Shown here piece by piece: positions 40,116 to 49,675 of a DNA stretch of 64,000 bases. Under the pieces are notes generated by a model, which searched no databases, was not told where the DNA came from, and was given only the letters and a program-made list of their open reading frames with translations. Origin of the DNA: an uncultured Pseudomonas sp. (lineage in GTDB: Bacteria; Pseudomonadota; Gammaproteobacteria; Pseudomonadales; Pseudomonadaceae). The stretch lies in contig CALTWF010000015.1 in the NCBI GenBank assembly GCA_943912755.1, positions 6,065 to 70,064 on the forward strand, given 5' to 3'. Positions within the stretch are counted from its first letter, which is position 1; the number at the start of each line of letters is the position of its first letter. The position numbers and the translations under genes are program-made.

Positions 40116-41366
40116 TCAGCCCTCGATCGGCAGGTTGGCGCTGCTGTCCCAGCTCGGCATCAGGCTGTTGGACGGCAGGCTCTCGTCCAGCAACTTGTGC
40201 GCGGTCACCGCCCCGGCCACCGGCAGGCCGGCGGGATCGAGCAGGCCGACCTGCACCAGCACGCTGGCCTGGTCCCAATAGATGTGCTCGTGGTACAGCT
40301 TCGGCCCGCGGAACTTCACCACCCCGAGCATTGGGATCTCGACGAAGCGCCCGGTGGGTGCCACGCCGGGCAGCAGCCAGTCGATGGCCTGGTCGTGGGT
40401 GAAGCTCATGATGAATTCATCGACGATCTGCGACGCCCCGACGGTGCGCGAGATCGGCGTCAGGGCCATGTCCTTGGGGTTGCCGTGGACGAAGTGATAA
40501 CGATAGAAACGCGCCAGTTCGCGATAGCCAACCCCGCCGGTCATGGTCGGGATGTGGTTGACGTAGGGCTCGGCGACCATGGTCGCCATGGTCGCCGGCA
40601 CATCGCGGGTATCGAACTCGTGGCGGATATGTTCTTCCCACAGCGCCGACAGGTTGTAGTCCGGGCCGATGGTGCGGCGCAGCGCGGCGATGCTGCGTTC
40701 ATGGGCGAGCAAGGCGGAGGGCTTGTGGAAATGATCGCCGGCCGGGCGGGCGAACGCGTGGTCGACGCCGGGATAGACATAGGCCTCGGTGGCGGGCTTC
40801 TGGTTGAGCGCGGTGATGATCGCCTCGCGGGCGTCGGCCTGGCAGAACTGGTCCAGCTCGGCGAAATGCAGGACCAGGCGACCGCTCAGGCCTTCCAGTT
40901 CGTGCAGCGCGTTCTCGATGCCGACGCCGTAGTAGCCGACGGCGCAGGCCACCTCGGGCAGACGGCAGGCCGCCAGATACGCCAGCTTGCCGCCGAGGCA
41001 ATAGCCGACCACGCCGAGGCCGTCATCGGTGCATTCATCAAGGGTTTGCAGATGGCGCAGGCTGGTAGCGATATCGCGGATGCCCAGCTCTTCGTCGAAG
41101 GCCTGGTACAGGGCGAAGGCGCGCTGGAAATCGGCCTCGGTATAGGCCAGGTCGACACCCGGCTCCTGGCGCCAGTACAGGTCCGGCACCAGCACGGTAT
41201 AGCCCTCCTCCGCCAGCTGATCGGCCACCGCGCGCATGGCCGCATTGACGCCGAAGATCTCCTGGCACAACACCACGCCCGGACCACGGCCGTCGACAGA
41301 GGTGGCGAGGTAGGCCTGGAAGGATGCGCCGGTGTCGGCGGTGAGGGTGAGGTAATGGCCCTTCAT
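40116..41366 (-). CDS. iifA: Dienelactone-hydrolase + SnoaL two-domain protein (cofactor-independent oxygenase-like)
   Basis: QEIFGVN, GYCLGG, HAF; C-terminal HIRHEF, YVNHIPT, HEHIYWDQASVL. Confidence 0.82.
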   Translation of the reverse strand: MKGHYLTLTADTGASFQAYLATSVDGRGPGVVLCQEIFGVNAAMRAVADQLAEEGYTVLVPDLYWRQEPGVDLAYTEADFQRAFALYQAFDEELGIRDIATSLRHLQTLDECTDDGLGVVGYCLGGKLAYLAACRLPEVACAVGYYGVGIENALHELEGLSGRLVLHFAELDQFCQADAREAIITALNQKPATEAYVYPGVDHAFARPAGDHFHKPSALLAHERSIAALRRTIGPDYNLSALWEEHIRHEFDTRDVPATMATMVAEPYVNHIPTMTGGVGYRELARFYRYHFVHGNPKDMALTPISRTVGASQIVDEFIMSFTHDQAIDWLLPGVAPTGRFVEIPMLGVVKFRGPKLYHEHIYWDQASVLVQVGLLDPAGLPVAGAVTAHKLLDESLPSNSLMPSWDSSANLPIEG

Positions 41367-41425
41367 TGTTATGTCTCCAGTGGCTGGGGTGTGGAGACAT
41401 GGTGGGGCGGAACGCGGAGGGAGGC

Positions 41426-41461
41426 TGTCCGGTGGGTGCGGGGAATGTCCGGGGAGTGCGG
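41426..41461 (-). promoter_or_regulatory. Tandem AraC/XylS-type binding repeats upstream of iifA
   Basis: Minus strand CCGCAC-N-C-N-CCGGACA twice at 20-bp period (CGCA-N6-GGACA). Confidence 0.55.
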
Positions 41462-41669
41462 AAAGTTGAACAGGCAGTGCAGCGCGGTCCAATCACCTCG
41501 AGCGCGTCGGCTTCATGGGCATCAAAAAACGGTGAGGCGGTCGGCAGATTCACCACCCCGTCTTTCACTGCGAACACCGGACTGGCTTAGAATCCGCGCA
41601 CGGTGTTCCGGGGGTCGCTGGGAAGCCGTACTGAATGAACTGTGGATTGGCCTTTCATGGACGGAAATC

Positions 41670-42152
41670 GTGAGCAGTAAAGCAAAGGTATTTCTCAGGT
41701 TCGCTACAGCCCCGCTACTGGGCGGCTTTGTCTTCGGTCTGGTGATCAACTTCATCACCCTTCTCGCCCTGATCCACAGGCCCAGGATCCTGCAAGGGAT
41801 GTATCCGGGCGAAGGCTTCCTGCTGATGATTGCCTACCCGATACTGGCCGAGGTCCTGTTCCTGCTGCCCAGCCTGCTCACCGCGTGGATCGCCATACTG
41901 CTGAAGCTCTCCTGCAGCCTCAGAGGGTGCCTGACCGCCGGGCTGATTGGCGGCGTAACGGCGGCGGCCTGGTACCTTGGGTGGTTGTTGTGGTTTCAAC
42001 GCAATACGCCGCTCAACCTGCTGCCGTCATTGCTTGAAGGGATTGCCGCGTTCGTCGGTACGGTGCTGGTCTGTACTGTGGTGTCGGGCTATTCGCTGCC
42101 GGCTGCCGCTGGGCAGCCGAATCAGGTGGGTGATTCCGCGCCGGTTCCATGA
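41670..42152 (+). CDS. Hypothetical membrane protein (about 4 TM)
   Basis: GTG start; the C-terminal part of track ORF 39285..42152 contains four hydrophobic segments. Confidence 0.6.
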   Translation: MSSKAKVFLRFATAPLLGGFVFGLVINFITLLALIHRPRILQGMYPGEGFLLMIAYPILAEVLFLLPSLLTAWIAILLKLSCSLRGCLTAGLIGGVTAAAWYLGWLLWFQRNTPLNLLPSLLEGIAAFVGTVLVCTVVSGYSLPAAAGQPNQVGDSAPVP

Positions 42153-42198
42153 TCAATTGTGGCTGCCGGGTGGCTGACTTGATTCCTGCAGAGTTGTT

Positions 42199-42453
42199 GA
42201 AATCGAGCGCCGCCCGCGCGGCGCATCGCGAGCAGGCTCGCTCCTACATTTGTTGCAACGTACCTATGCCTGTGAGGCCATGGTTGTTCGCCTGGTGTGT
42301 ACGACGCGATACCACGTCGATTCCAACAGCCTCCCCGCGATAAATCGCCATGAGGCAAAGGCTGGCAACTCAAATCCAACAGGCCATGGCGCGTTGCAAC
42401 AAATGTAGGAGCGAGCCTGCTCGCGATGCGCCGCGCGGGCGGCGCTCGATTTC
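42199..42453. repeat. Long REPIN with 62-bp perfect inverted arms
   Basis: 42199-42260 and 42392-42453 are reverse complements; GTAGGAGCGAGCCTGCTCGCGAT REP core. Confidence 0.88.
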
Positions 42454-42557
42454 ATGGACACTGCAAGAATCAAGGCAGGCGCCTGGCAGCCTTGATGCAA
42501 TCTCCTGACAGGCGCCTGTACCCAAAGAGCCGCGAAGCCAGGCCCCGCGGCACTCAT

Positions 42558-42800
42558 TCACACCGGCAAACTAACCGGCGACTCCGACGTGGCAATCAAC
42601 AACAACGCCTTGCTGATCCTCATGTTCAACACCGCACTGCTGAGCATCTCCCGATGCCGGGCATCGGGCGGGGCCGGCAGGTAAGCGGCATCGAAAATGG
42701 CTTTGGTCAGATGTTCGGTGGCCCGCTTGATCGCCTCTTCATGAGAGAGGCCGGGGCCAACGCAAAGGACTGGGGGTGGATCGGGGACAAGTTTTTTCAT
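42558..42800 (-). CDS. Small Pseudomonas 'MKKLVPDPP' family protein downstream of the C4 RNA
   Basis: 80 aa; RBS AAAGGAAG; PDPP N-motif typical of this family. Confidence 0.7.
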   Translation of the reverse strand: MKKLVPDPPPVLCVGPGLSHEEAIKRATEHLTKAIFDAAYLPAPPDARHREMLSSAVLNMRISKALLLIATSESPVSLPV

Positions 42801-42856
42801 GGCGATTCTTCCTTTGTAGGTAAAAAGTGATCGCCACTGATCGCTGCTAAACGATG

Positions 42857-42941
42857 GGTGGCGACTGTACGTGGGTTAGCAGACCGAGACAAAGGAAGAA
42901 GCCCGGCGCGCACGAGGGCGCCCACACGTACAGCCGCCATA
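42857..42941 (-). ncRNA. C4 antisense RNA (P1 immI/c4-like) with flanking a1b1/a2b2 target boxes
   Basis: Closing stem 42859-42873/42925-42939; internal CTGCTAA and TTCTTCCTTTGT (minus strand) are complementary to upstream boxes (42972-78, 42957-66) and downstream boxes (42844-50, 42806-17). Confidence 0.75.
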
Positions 42942-43148
42942 ACTGGTTGCTGGTGCCTTCCTTTGTTCGGACTGCTAATCCGGTCGTCGATTTGGCAACG
43001 ACCGACGCAGACTAGGCACCGTTTCCCGGGTACGCAACCGCCAAGCGGGGTTGGCGAGTATGCTTGGGAAATTGCCTACAAGAAAGTCGGAGATCGGGGA
43101 AGTTTTGAGCTAAGTGCAACAGCTTGTGAGGATGGCGACCCCGAGATT

Positions 43149-43177
43149 GCATCGCTGGCAAGCCAGCTCCCACAGGG
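43149..43177. repeat. Single REP
   Basis: GCATCGCTGGCAAGCCAGCTCCCACAGGG. Confidence 0.75.
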
Positions 43178-43229
43178 TCGGCGCAGCCTGACCAAACTCC
43201 CCATCATTCGTGGAAAAAGCGGGAAACGA

Positions 43230-44435
43230 TCACACCGCCGGGGCCAGAACCTGCCCGCCCCGCAAATACCGACCAGCCCACAACGCCACCAGCAACACCA
43301 CCACCCCCGCCACCAGCGCCAGCACGAAGCCGCCCCCTGCCCCCGCGCCATCCACCATCCGCCCGGCACCAGCCGCACCCAGCGCAACACCGATATTCAG
43401 CCCGGCCAGCAGCCAGGTCATGCCCTCAGTCACTTGCCGTTCGGGGACCAGGCGCTCGACCAGGGTCATCGCCACGATCATGGTCGGCGCAAAGCACAGC
43501 CCGGCCACCAGCACCGCAGCTGCCAGGGCGGGAATGCTGCCGGCCGCCAGCAGCGGCAGCGTGGTCAGCGCGGTCGCCGCAGCGCCCAGCAGCAGTTGCC
43601 GATGCAAGGGCGCGCCCGACTGAACCGCGCCGAACACCAGCCCGGCGACGCACGAGCCCACGGCATAAGCCGACAGCACCAGGCTGGCCGCGGCCGGCCG
43701 GTTCAACTGCTCGGCGAACGCCACGCTGACGATATCCACGCTGCCGACGATCACGCCCATGGCCACCATCAGCAGCGTCAGCCAGCGCACCCCCGCCAGG
43801 CGGATGACCGACCCCGGGCGCGCCTCGCCGGCGGCACGGACCTCGACCGCCGGCTCGCTACCACGCTGCGCCAGCAACGCCGACACCCCCAGCAACAGCA
43901 ACCCCGCCGCGACCAGCAGCGCCGCCTGGGGCAGCACCATCACCGCCAGCCCGACGGCCAATGGCGGCCCGAAGATAAAGGTGGCCTCATCGAACACCGT
44001 TTCCAGCGAATAGGCCGTCCGCAAGCGCGGCTGGCCCCGGTACAGCGCCGTCCAGCGCGCCCGCACCATGGCCGACATGCTCGGCATGAAACCGGCCAGC
44101 AGCGCACCGAGGAACAGGCTCCAGTACCCGGCGTTCCACCAGGAGCCGGCGGCCAGGATCAGCAGCCCGGCAATGCTGATGACGGTCGCGACAGGCAGCA
44201 CCCGGCTTTGCCCCTTGAGGTCGACCAGCCGGGAAATCTGCGGCGAGAGCAGCGCGTAGGTCAGCACGAAGGTCGCCGACACCAGCCCGGCCAGGGTGTA
44301 GCTGTCGTGCAGTCGGGACAGCAGGGTGATGATGCCGATGCCGGTCATCGGCAGCGGCAGCCGGGCCAACAGGCCGGCAAGGGAAAACGCCTTGCTGCCC
44401 GGCGCGCTGAACAGCTCTCGGTAAGTTGAACCCAT
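43230..44435 (-). CDS. MFS transporter
   Basis: About 12 hydrophobic segments; RLVDLKGQSR loop motif. Confidence 0.85.
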   Translation of the reverse strand: MGSTYRELFSAPGSKAFSLAGLLARLPLPMTGIGIITLLSRLHDSYTLAGLVSATFVLTYALLSPQISRLVDLKGQSRVLPVATVISIAGLLILAAGSWWNAGYWSLFLGALLAGFMPSMSAMVRARWTALYRGQPRLRTAYSLETVFDEATFIFGPPLAVGLAVMVLPQAALLVAAGLLLLGVSALLAQRGSEPAVEVRAAGEARPGSVIRLAGVRWLTLLMVAMGVIVGSVDIVSVAFAEQLNRPAAASLVLSAYAVGSCVAGLVFGAVQSGAPLHRQLLLGAAATALTTLPLLAAGSIPALAAAVLVAGLCFAPTMIVAMTLVERLVPERQVTEGMTWLLAGLNIGVALGAAGAGRMVDGAGAGGGFVLALVAGVVVLLVALWAGRYLRGGQVLAPAV

Positions 44436-44487
44436 CTGGATCTCCTGAAAACCAGCTTGCAAGTGCCTTGCGGTGAGAGGGAAGATA

Positions 44488-44533
44488 CATACGCCTCGTA
44501 TGAAAACGAGCCTATATTCATACGCAACGTATG
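44488..44533. promoter_or_regulatory. Twin TetR operators CATACG-N3-CGTATG
   Basis: 44488-44502 and 44519-44533, between the divergent MFS and TetR genes. Confidence 0.75.
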
Positions 44534-44556
44534 TAAACACTCAAGGAGAAGCCCTT

Positions 44557-45153
44557 ATGGCCCGCCGCACCCGCGCCGAAATGGAAGAAACCCGAGCGAC
44601 CTTGCTGGCCACGGCGCGCCGGGTGTTCAGTGAAACGGGTTACGCCGACACCTCGATGGACGACCTCACCGCCCAGGCCGGCCTGACCCGTGGCGCGCTT
44701 TATCACCACTTCGGCGACAAGAAAGGCTTGCTCGCGGCGGTGGTCGGGCAGATCGATGCCGAGATGGATGCGCGGTTGCGGGCGATTTCCGACGCGGCGG
44801 AAAACCCGTGGCAAGGCTTTCAAAACCGCTGCGAGGCTTATCTGCAGATGGCCCTTGAGCCTGAAATACAGCGCCTGGTACTGCGTGATGCCCGGGCCGT
44901 GCTGGGCCCTGCGTCACCGGAAGCACAGCGCTGTTGCGTCGAGTCCATGCAGCGCTTGATCGACGACCTCATGACCCAGGGCATGGTCGCCGAGGCGGAT
45001 TCCGAGGCGTTGGCTTCGTTGATCTATGGGAGTTTGTCGGAGGGGGCATTCTGGATTGCCGAGGGGGATCAGGGGGTTGATCGGTTAGGGCATGCGGTTC
45101 GGGCGTTGAGGTTGTTGCTGCGCGGGATGCTGGTTGAGCCTGATAAGACTTAA
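44557..45153 (+). CDS. TetR family regulator
   Basis: AGLTRGALYHHFGDK HTH. Confidence 0.9.
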   Translation: MARRTRAEMEETRATLLATARRVFSETGYADTSMDDLTAQAGLTRGALYHHFGDKKGLLAAVVGQIDAEMDARLRAISDAAENPWQGFQNRCEAYLQMALEPEIQRLVLRDARAVLGPASPEAQRCCVESMQRLIDDLMTQGMVAEADSEALASLIYGSLSEGAFWIAEGDQGVDRLGHAVRALRLLLRGMLVEPDKT

Positions 45154-45590
45154 CCCCCACCGTATACCTCTCCCCGGTGCTGAAGAGCGACGAAAGCGGC
45201 TGCCGTTATCTGTTGATCTGTCCAGTTCCTGCTTAACCAGATACTCAGGGACGCTGTGGAAAGATGCCACCAGAACATACGCAGGTCTTCGCCCTGGTTT
45301 ATCAGGTGATCAGAAGCCACCCATCCAATGACACGCCTGCTTCCATCATTTTGGACTTTCAGGGAAACCATATCGTAGAGATACGAAAATGGAGTTAACG
45401 GCTCTACCGCGCGCGCTCCCGAGGCCTTGGCAAGATTCCATACCCACTCACGCTGATCCGGCGTTACCGCTTGGGGCGCAGGCAAGGGCAAGTGCGAAAC
45501 CCTGGACAAACCAACCCAGTAGGCGACCCAAGGGAGGGCAACTGCGACCGCTACAACACCGATGAGCCAAAAGCCGACACGACGCAACAT
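45150..45590 (-). CDS. Hypothetical protein with N-terminal membrane anchor
   Basis: MLRRVGFWLIGVVAVAVALPW; lower-GC patch. Confidence 0.55.
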   Translation of the reverse strand: MLRRVGFWLIGVVAVAVALPWVAYWVGLSRVSHLPLPAPQAVTPDQREWVWNLAKASGARAVEPLTPFSYLYDMVSLKVQNDGSRRVIGWVASDHLINQGEDLRMFWWHLSTASLSIWLSRNWTDQQITAAAFVALQHRGEVYGGG

Positions 45591-45802
45591 GCTGAAAACC
45601 CTTTCAACCAAAGACCGCAATCTTGCCTTGTGGAGCCCAGGCTATTGAACAGCCAGCTCCTGCAAGTTTGCGGACATTTGATGGCAGAAGGTCTGCTCAT
45701 TGAACGTCAGCGCGTACCGTCCGAGATAAACCATTTCCATAAAAGGTCCTTGTTGTCGGGACAGTTCGATCTGACATTCGGAAACAGCAATACGCTCGAG
45801 CG

Positions 45803-46033
45803 TTACTTCCCCTGCTTCTCTTTCATCTTTTCGATCGTTTCAGGCAGTTTCTGAATGAACTTGACGCCCAAATAAAGCGAGCCCTTGCCTAACAACTTTG
45901 CCGTCGACGCGACACGGTCCTTTCCCGAACCATGGGAAAAGTCATCCTTAACTTCATTCCATGCCTTTCCCATCATGTTATCCAGCGATTCATCGAAGGA
46001 AGGTCTGCTTTTTTCCTGAATCTCATCGTCCAT
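45803..46033 (-). CDS. Small hypothetical protein (76 aa)
   Basis: RBS AAGGAG; charged, helical-looking. Confidence 0.55.
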   Translation of the reverse strand: MDDEIQEKSRPSFDESLDNMMGKAWNEVKDDFSHGSGKDRVASTAKLLGKGSLYLGVKFIQKLPETIEKMKEKQGK

Positions 46034-46101
46034 TCACGCGCTCCTTGAACGGGCAAGCTCACTGCAATGAGATGAGCTTGCGCTCCATGCATGTTTGCTA
46101 A

Positions 46102-46257
46102 TCAGGTCTCGACCGCGGAAATGATCTTCGCCTGACCGCGCTCGCGCTCTTTGATTTTCTCCTTCGCTTGACTTGCACTGCTGGCCCGCACGCTGGTCGT
46201 GATTACCGAAGAGCTTGTGCCACGAGTGAAGGTTACGCGGAAGTTCTTGTCGCTCAT
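46102..46257 (-). CDS. Small basic hypothetical protein (51 aa)
   Basis: GGAGA RBS; MSDKNFRVTFTRGTSSSVITTSVRASSASQAKEKIKERERGQAKIISAVET. Confidence 0.55.
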   Translation of the reverse strand: MSDKNFRVTFTRGTSSSVITTSVRASSASQAKEKIKERERGQAKIISAVET

Positions 46258-46394
46258 CCCTGTTTCTCCAAGTGATATCAAAATGCCTTGCCGGTAAATT
46301 TCTATCAGTTGGGACTGGAAAGCACAACCCTGGCTGCGAAAGGTGCCGCGGGCATGCGTGGGGATTGTTGCGGCTGGAGGCGTAGCGGCCCTCG

Positions 46395-46471
46395 ATCGCT
46401 GGCAAGCCAGCTCCCACAGGGTCCGCGGCGCCGCCGAACCCTGTGGGAGTCGGCTTGCCGACGATGAGGCC
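46395..46471. repeat. REPIN
   Basis: Inverted pair of the two REP variants seen in the 34.5-kb array. Confidence 0.82.
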
Positions 46472-46514
46472 GGCAGCCACAACATCACCGCGCCGCTTGC
46501 CACCCTCAAACCTG

Positions 46515-47411
46515 CTACCCACCCTGATACCGCAACGCCTCCACCACCACCCTGAACGCAGACGAGTGTTCACGCCGGTTCGGGTAATACAGGTGATAGC
46601 CGGCAAACGGCTGGCACCAGTCCTCCAGCACCCGTACCAGCGCGCCGCTGGCCAGCGCCTCGGCGACCATGTCCTCGGGCAGGAAGCCGAGGCCGCAGCC
46701 GGCTATCGCCGCGCGCAGGATGGGGAAGCTGCTGTTGAAGGTCCACTGCCCTTCGACCCGCGCCTTTAGTTCGTGCCCGTCCTTTTCGAAGTCCCATTGC
46801 AGCAGGCTGCCATGGGTGGGCAGGCGCAGGTTGATGCAGTCGTGCCCGGCAAGATCGCCAGGCACCCGGGGCGGCGGATGCCGGCTGAAATACCCCGGCG
46901 CGCCGACGACCGCCATGCGCAGCATCGGGCCGATGGGCACGGCGATCATGTCCTTGGCCACCTGCTCGCCCAGGCGCACCCCGGCGTCATAGCGTTGCGC
47001 GACGATGTCCGACAGCGCGTAGTCCACGGTGATCTCGACATGGATATCGGGGTAGTCCGGCAGCACCTTCAGCAGTTGCGGCCAGAGGATGTTGTTGGCC
47101 GCGTGTTCCGACGCCGAGATCCGCACCGTGCCGGCAGGCCGGTCGCGGAACTCACTGACCGCGGCCAGCGCCTGGTCGATTTCCTCCAGGCGGCTGGCCA
47201 TGGCCTGGTACAGCCGCTCGCCGGCCTCGGTGGTGGAGACGCTGCGGGTGGTGCGGGTCAGCAGGCGCACCCCAAGCCGCGCCTCGAGGGCGCGCAGGGT
47301 GTGGCTCAGCGCCGACTGCGAAACGCCGAGCTGGGCCGCCGCACGGGTGAAGCTGCCTTCGCGGGTGATGACCACGAAGGCTTGCAGGTCATTGAGGTTG
47401 GGACGGGACAT
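46515..47411 (-). CDS. LysR regulator (CrgA/PgrR-like)
   Basis: GSFTRAAAQLGVSQSALSH, YDAGVRLGE. Confidence 0.9.
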   Translation of the reverse strand: MSRPNLNDLQAFVVITREGSFTRAAAQLGVSQSALSHTLRALEARLGVRLLTRTTRSVSTTEAGERLYQAMASRLEEIDQALAAVSEFRDRPAGTVRISASEHAANNILWPQLLKVLPDYPDIHVEITVDYALSDIVAQRYDAGVRLGEQVAKDMIAVPIGPMLRMAVVGAPGYFSRHPPPRVPGDLAGHDCINLRLPTHGSLLQWDFEKDGHELKARVEGQWTFNSSFPILRAAIAGCGLGFLPEDMVAEALASGALVRVLEDWCQPFAGYHLYYPNRREHSSAFRVVVEALRYQGG

Positions 47412-47480
47412 GGCCGGGTACCTGTGATGGGTAGCTGAAGACTATCCAATCCGCGCCCGCCCCGCCCGCTCGCGGAGGTA

Positions 47481-48536
47481 TCAAAGGGTTTTGCCGTAGA
47501 ACGCGGTCAGCTTGCCCATGGCGGCCTGGACATGGCCGGGCACCCAGTAGGTGTCGATATGGCTGGCACCGTCGAGGATGAACAGCTCCTTGTCCTGCGT
47601 GCCGCTGGCCTTGGCGAACGCGTCCTCGCTCATGTACAGGCTGTCGGCCTTGCTGCCGGCGATCAGCAGCAACGGCTGGTCGATCAGGTCGATCCGTTCG
47701 CTGGCATCGAAGCGCACCAGGTCGAGCAGGCTGCTGGTGGTGTACCTGAAGGTCGAGTTGGGATGCGCATGGGTCTTCCAGTAGTACTCGTAGCCCTGGC
47801 GGTACAACTCGAATGGCAAGCTGGCGATCTGCTCGTCGCTCAGATTGGCGTCACCCGAATACAGCACCGCACCGCCGGCCGCCTCCTGGGCGCGGGCTGC
47901 GGAGGCCTGTTGCAGGCGTTGCTGGAGGCTGTCCAGCTGCGAGTCCTGGTAGCCGTTGCGGCGCACCCGGCCGGAGTTGAACAGGCTCAGGGTGGCGACC
48001 GATCTGAAACGCTTGTCGGTTGCCGCCGCCGCTACCGAGTAGCCGCCACCGCCACAGATCCCCAGCAGGCCCAGGCGCCTGGCGTCGACCCCGGGGTACT
48101 GGCTGATGAAGTCGGCCATGCCGTGGATGTCCTCGATGCGGTAGGACGGTTTGTCGATGCTGCGCGGCTGGCCGCCGCTGGCGCCCTGGTAGGCGGCATC
48201 GGCGGTAATGCTGATATAGCCCTGCTCGGCCAGGCGCTGGGCATAGAGGCCGGCGACCTGCTCCTTCACCCCACCGTTCGGATGCGCTATCACGATGGCC
48301 GGGTAGGTTTTTTGCGGGTCGTAGTTGGCCGGGGTATAGACGTTGGCTGAAATCTCCAGGCCATTCAGCGGGTAGTGGACCGGGTGGATATTGACCTGGC
48401 CGGGCCGGTTTTCCGTGATCGCGCCGTCATAGACCAGGGTGAACGGGTTTTTCCGGTAGTCCGCGGCAGCGGCCTGGTCGATGCCGGCGCCGGCCATGGC
48501 CGCCAGCAGCGTGGCGTTGAGAAGTGTATTGCGCAT
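47481..48536 (-). CDS. Secreted alpha/beta hydrolase
   Basis: Signal peptide; HPNGGVKEQ, GICGGGG nucleophile elbow, GASHID. Confidence 0.82.
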   Translation of the reverse strand: MRNTLLNATLLAAMAGAGIDQAAAADYRKNPFTLVYDGAITENRPGQVNIHPVHYPLNGLEISANVYTPANYDPQKTYPAIVIAHPNGGVKEQVAGLYAQRLAEQGYISITADAAYQGASGGQPRSIDKPSYRIEDIHGMADFISQYPGVDARRLGLLGICGGGGYSVAAAATDKRFRSVATLSLFNSGRVRRNGYQDSQLDSLQQRLQQASAARAQEAAGGAVLYSGDANLSDEQIASLPFELYRQGYEYYWKTHAHPNSTFRYTTSSLLDLVRFDASERIDLIDQPLLLIAGSKADSLYMSEDAFAKASGTQDKELFILDGASHIDTYWVPGHVQAAMGKLTAFYGKTL

Positions 48537-48556
48537 GGATGCTGTCTCCTGTTCGT

Positions 48557-49597
<1,041 letters not shown>

Positions 49598-49644
49598 TTA
49601 AGTCGGTGGGGAAAAGTGCACTAGACGGGGAAATCCGCAAGCAG

Positions 49645-49663
49645 TCATGAGCAGTGTTCATGA
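49645..49663. promoter_or_regulatory. LysR-type operator
   Basis: TCATGA-N7-TCATGA dyad (T-N11-A) upstream of the AKR operon. Confidence 0.5.
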
Positions 49664-49675
49664 ATGCTTGCGTTA

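Noticed and set aside
39285..42152. 955-aa ORF
   Set aside because: Mostly antisense to iifA/B; only the last about 160 codons look like a real membrane protein
42558..43010. Prophage
   Set aside because: The C4 RNA is phage-like, but no integrase, structural or replication genes are nearby
45642..45740. 32-aa minus-strand ORF with AGGA RBS
   Set aside because: Too short and featureless to support without conservation data
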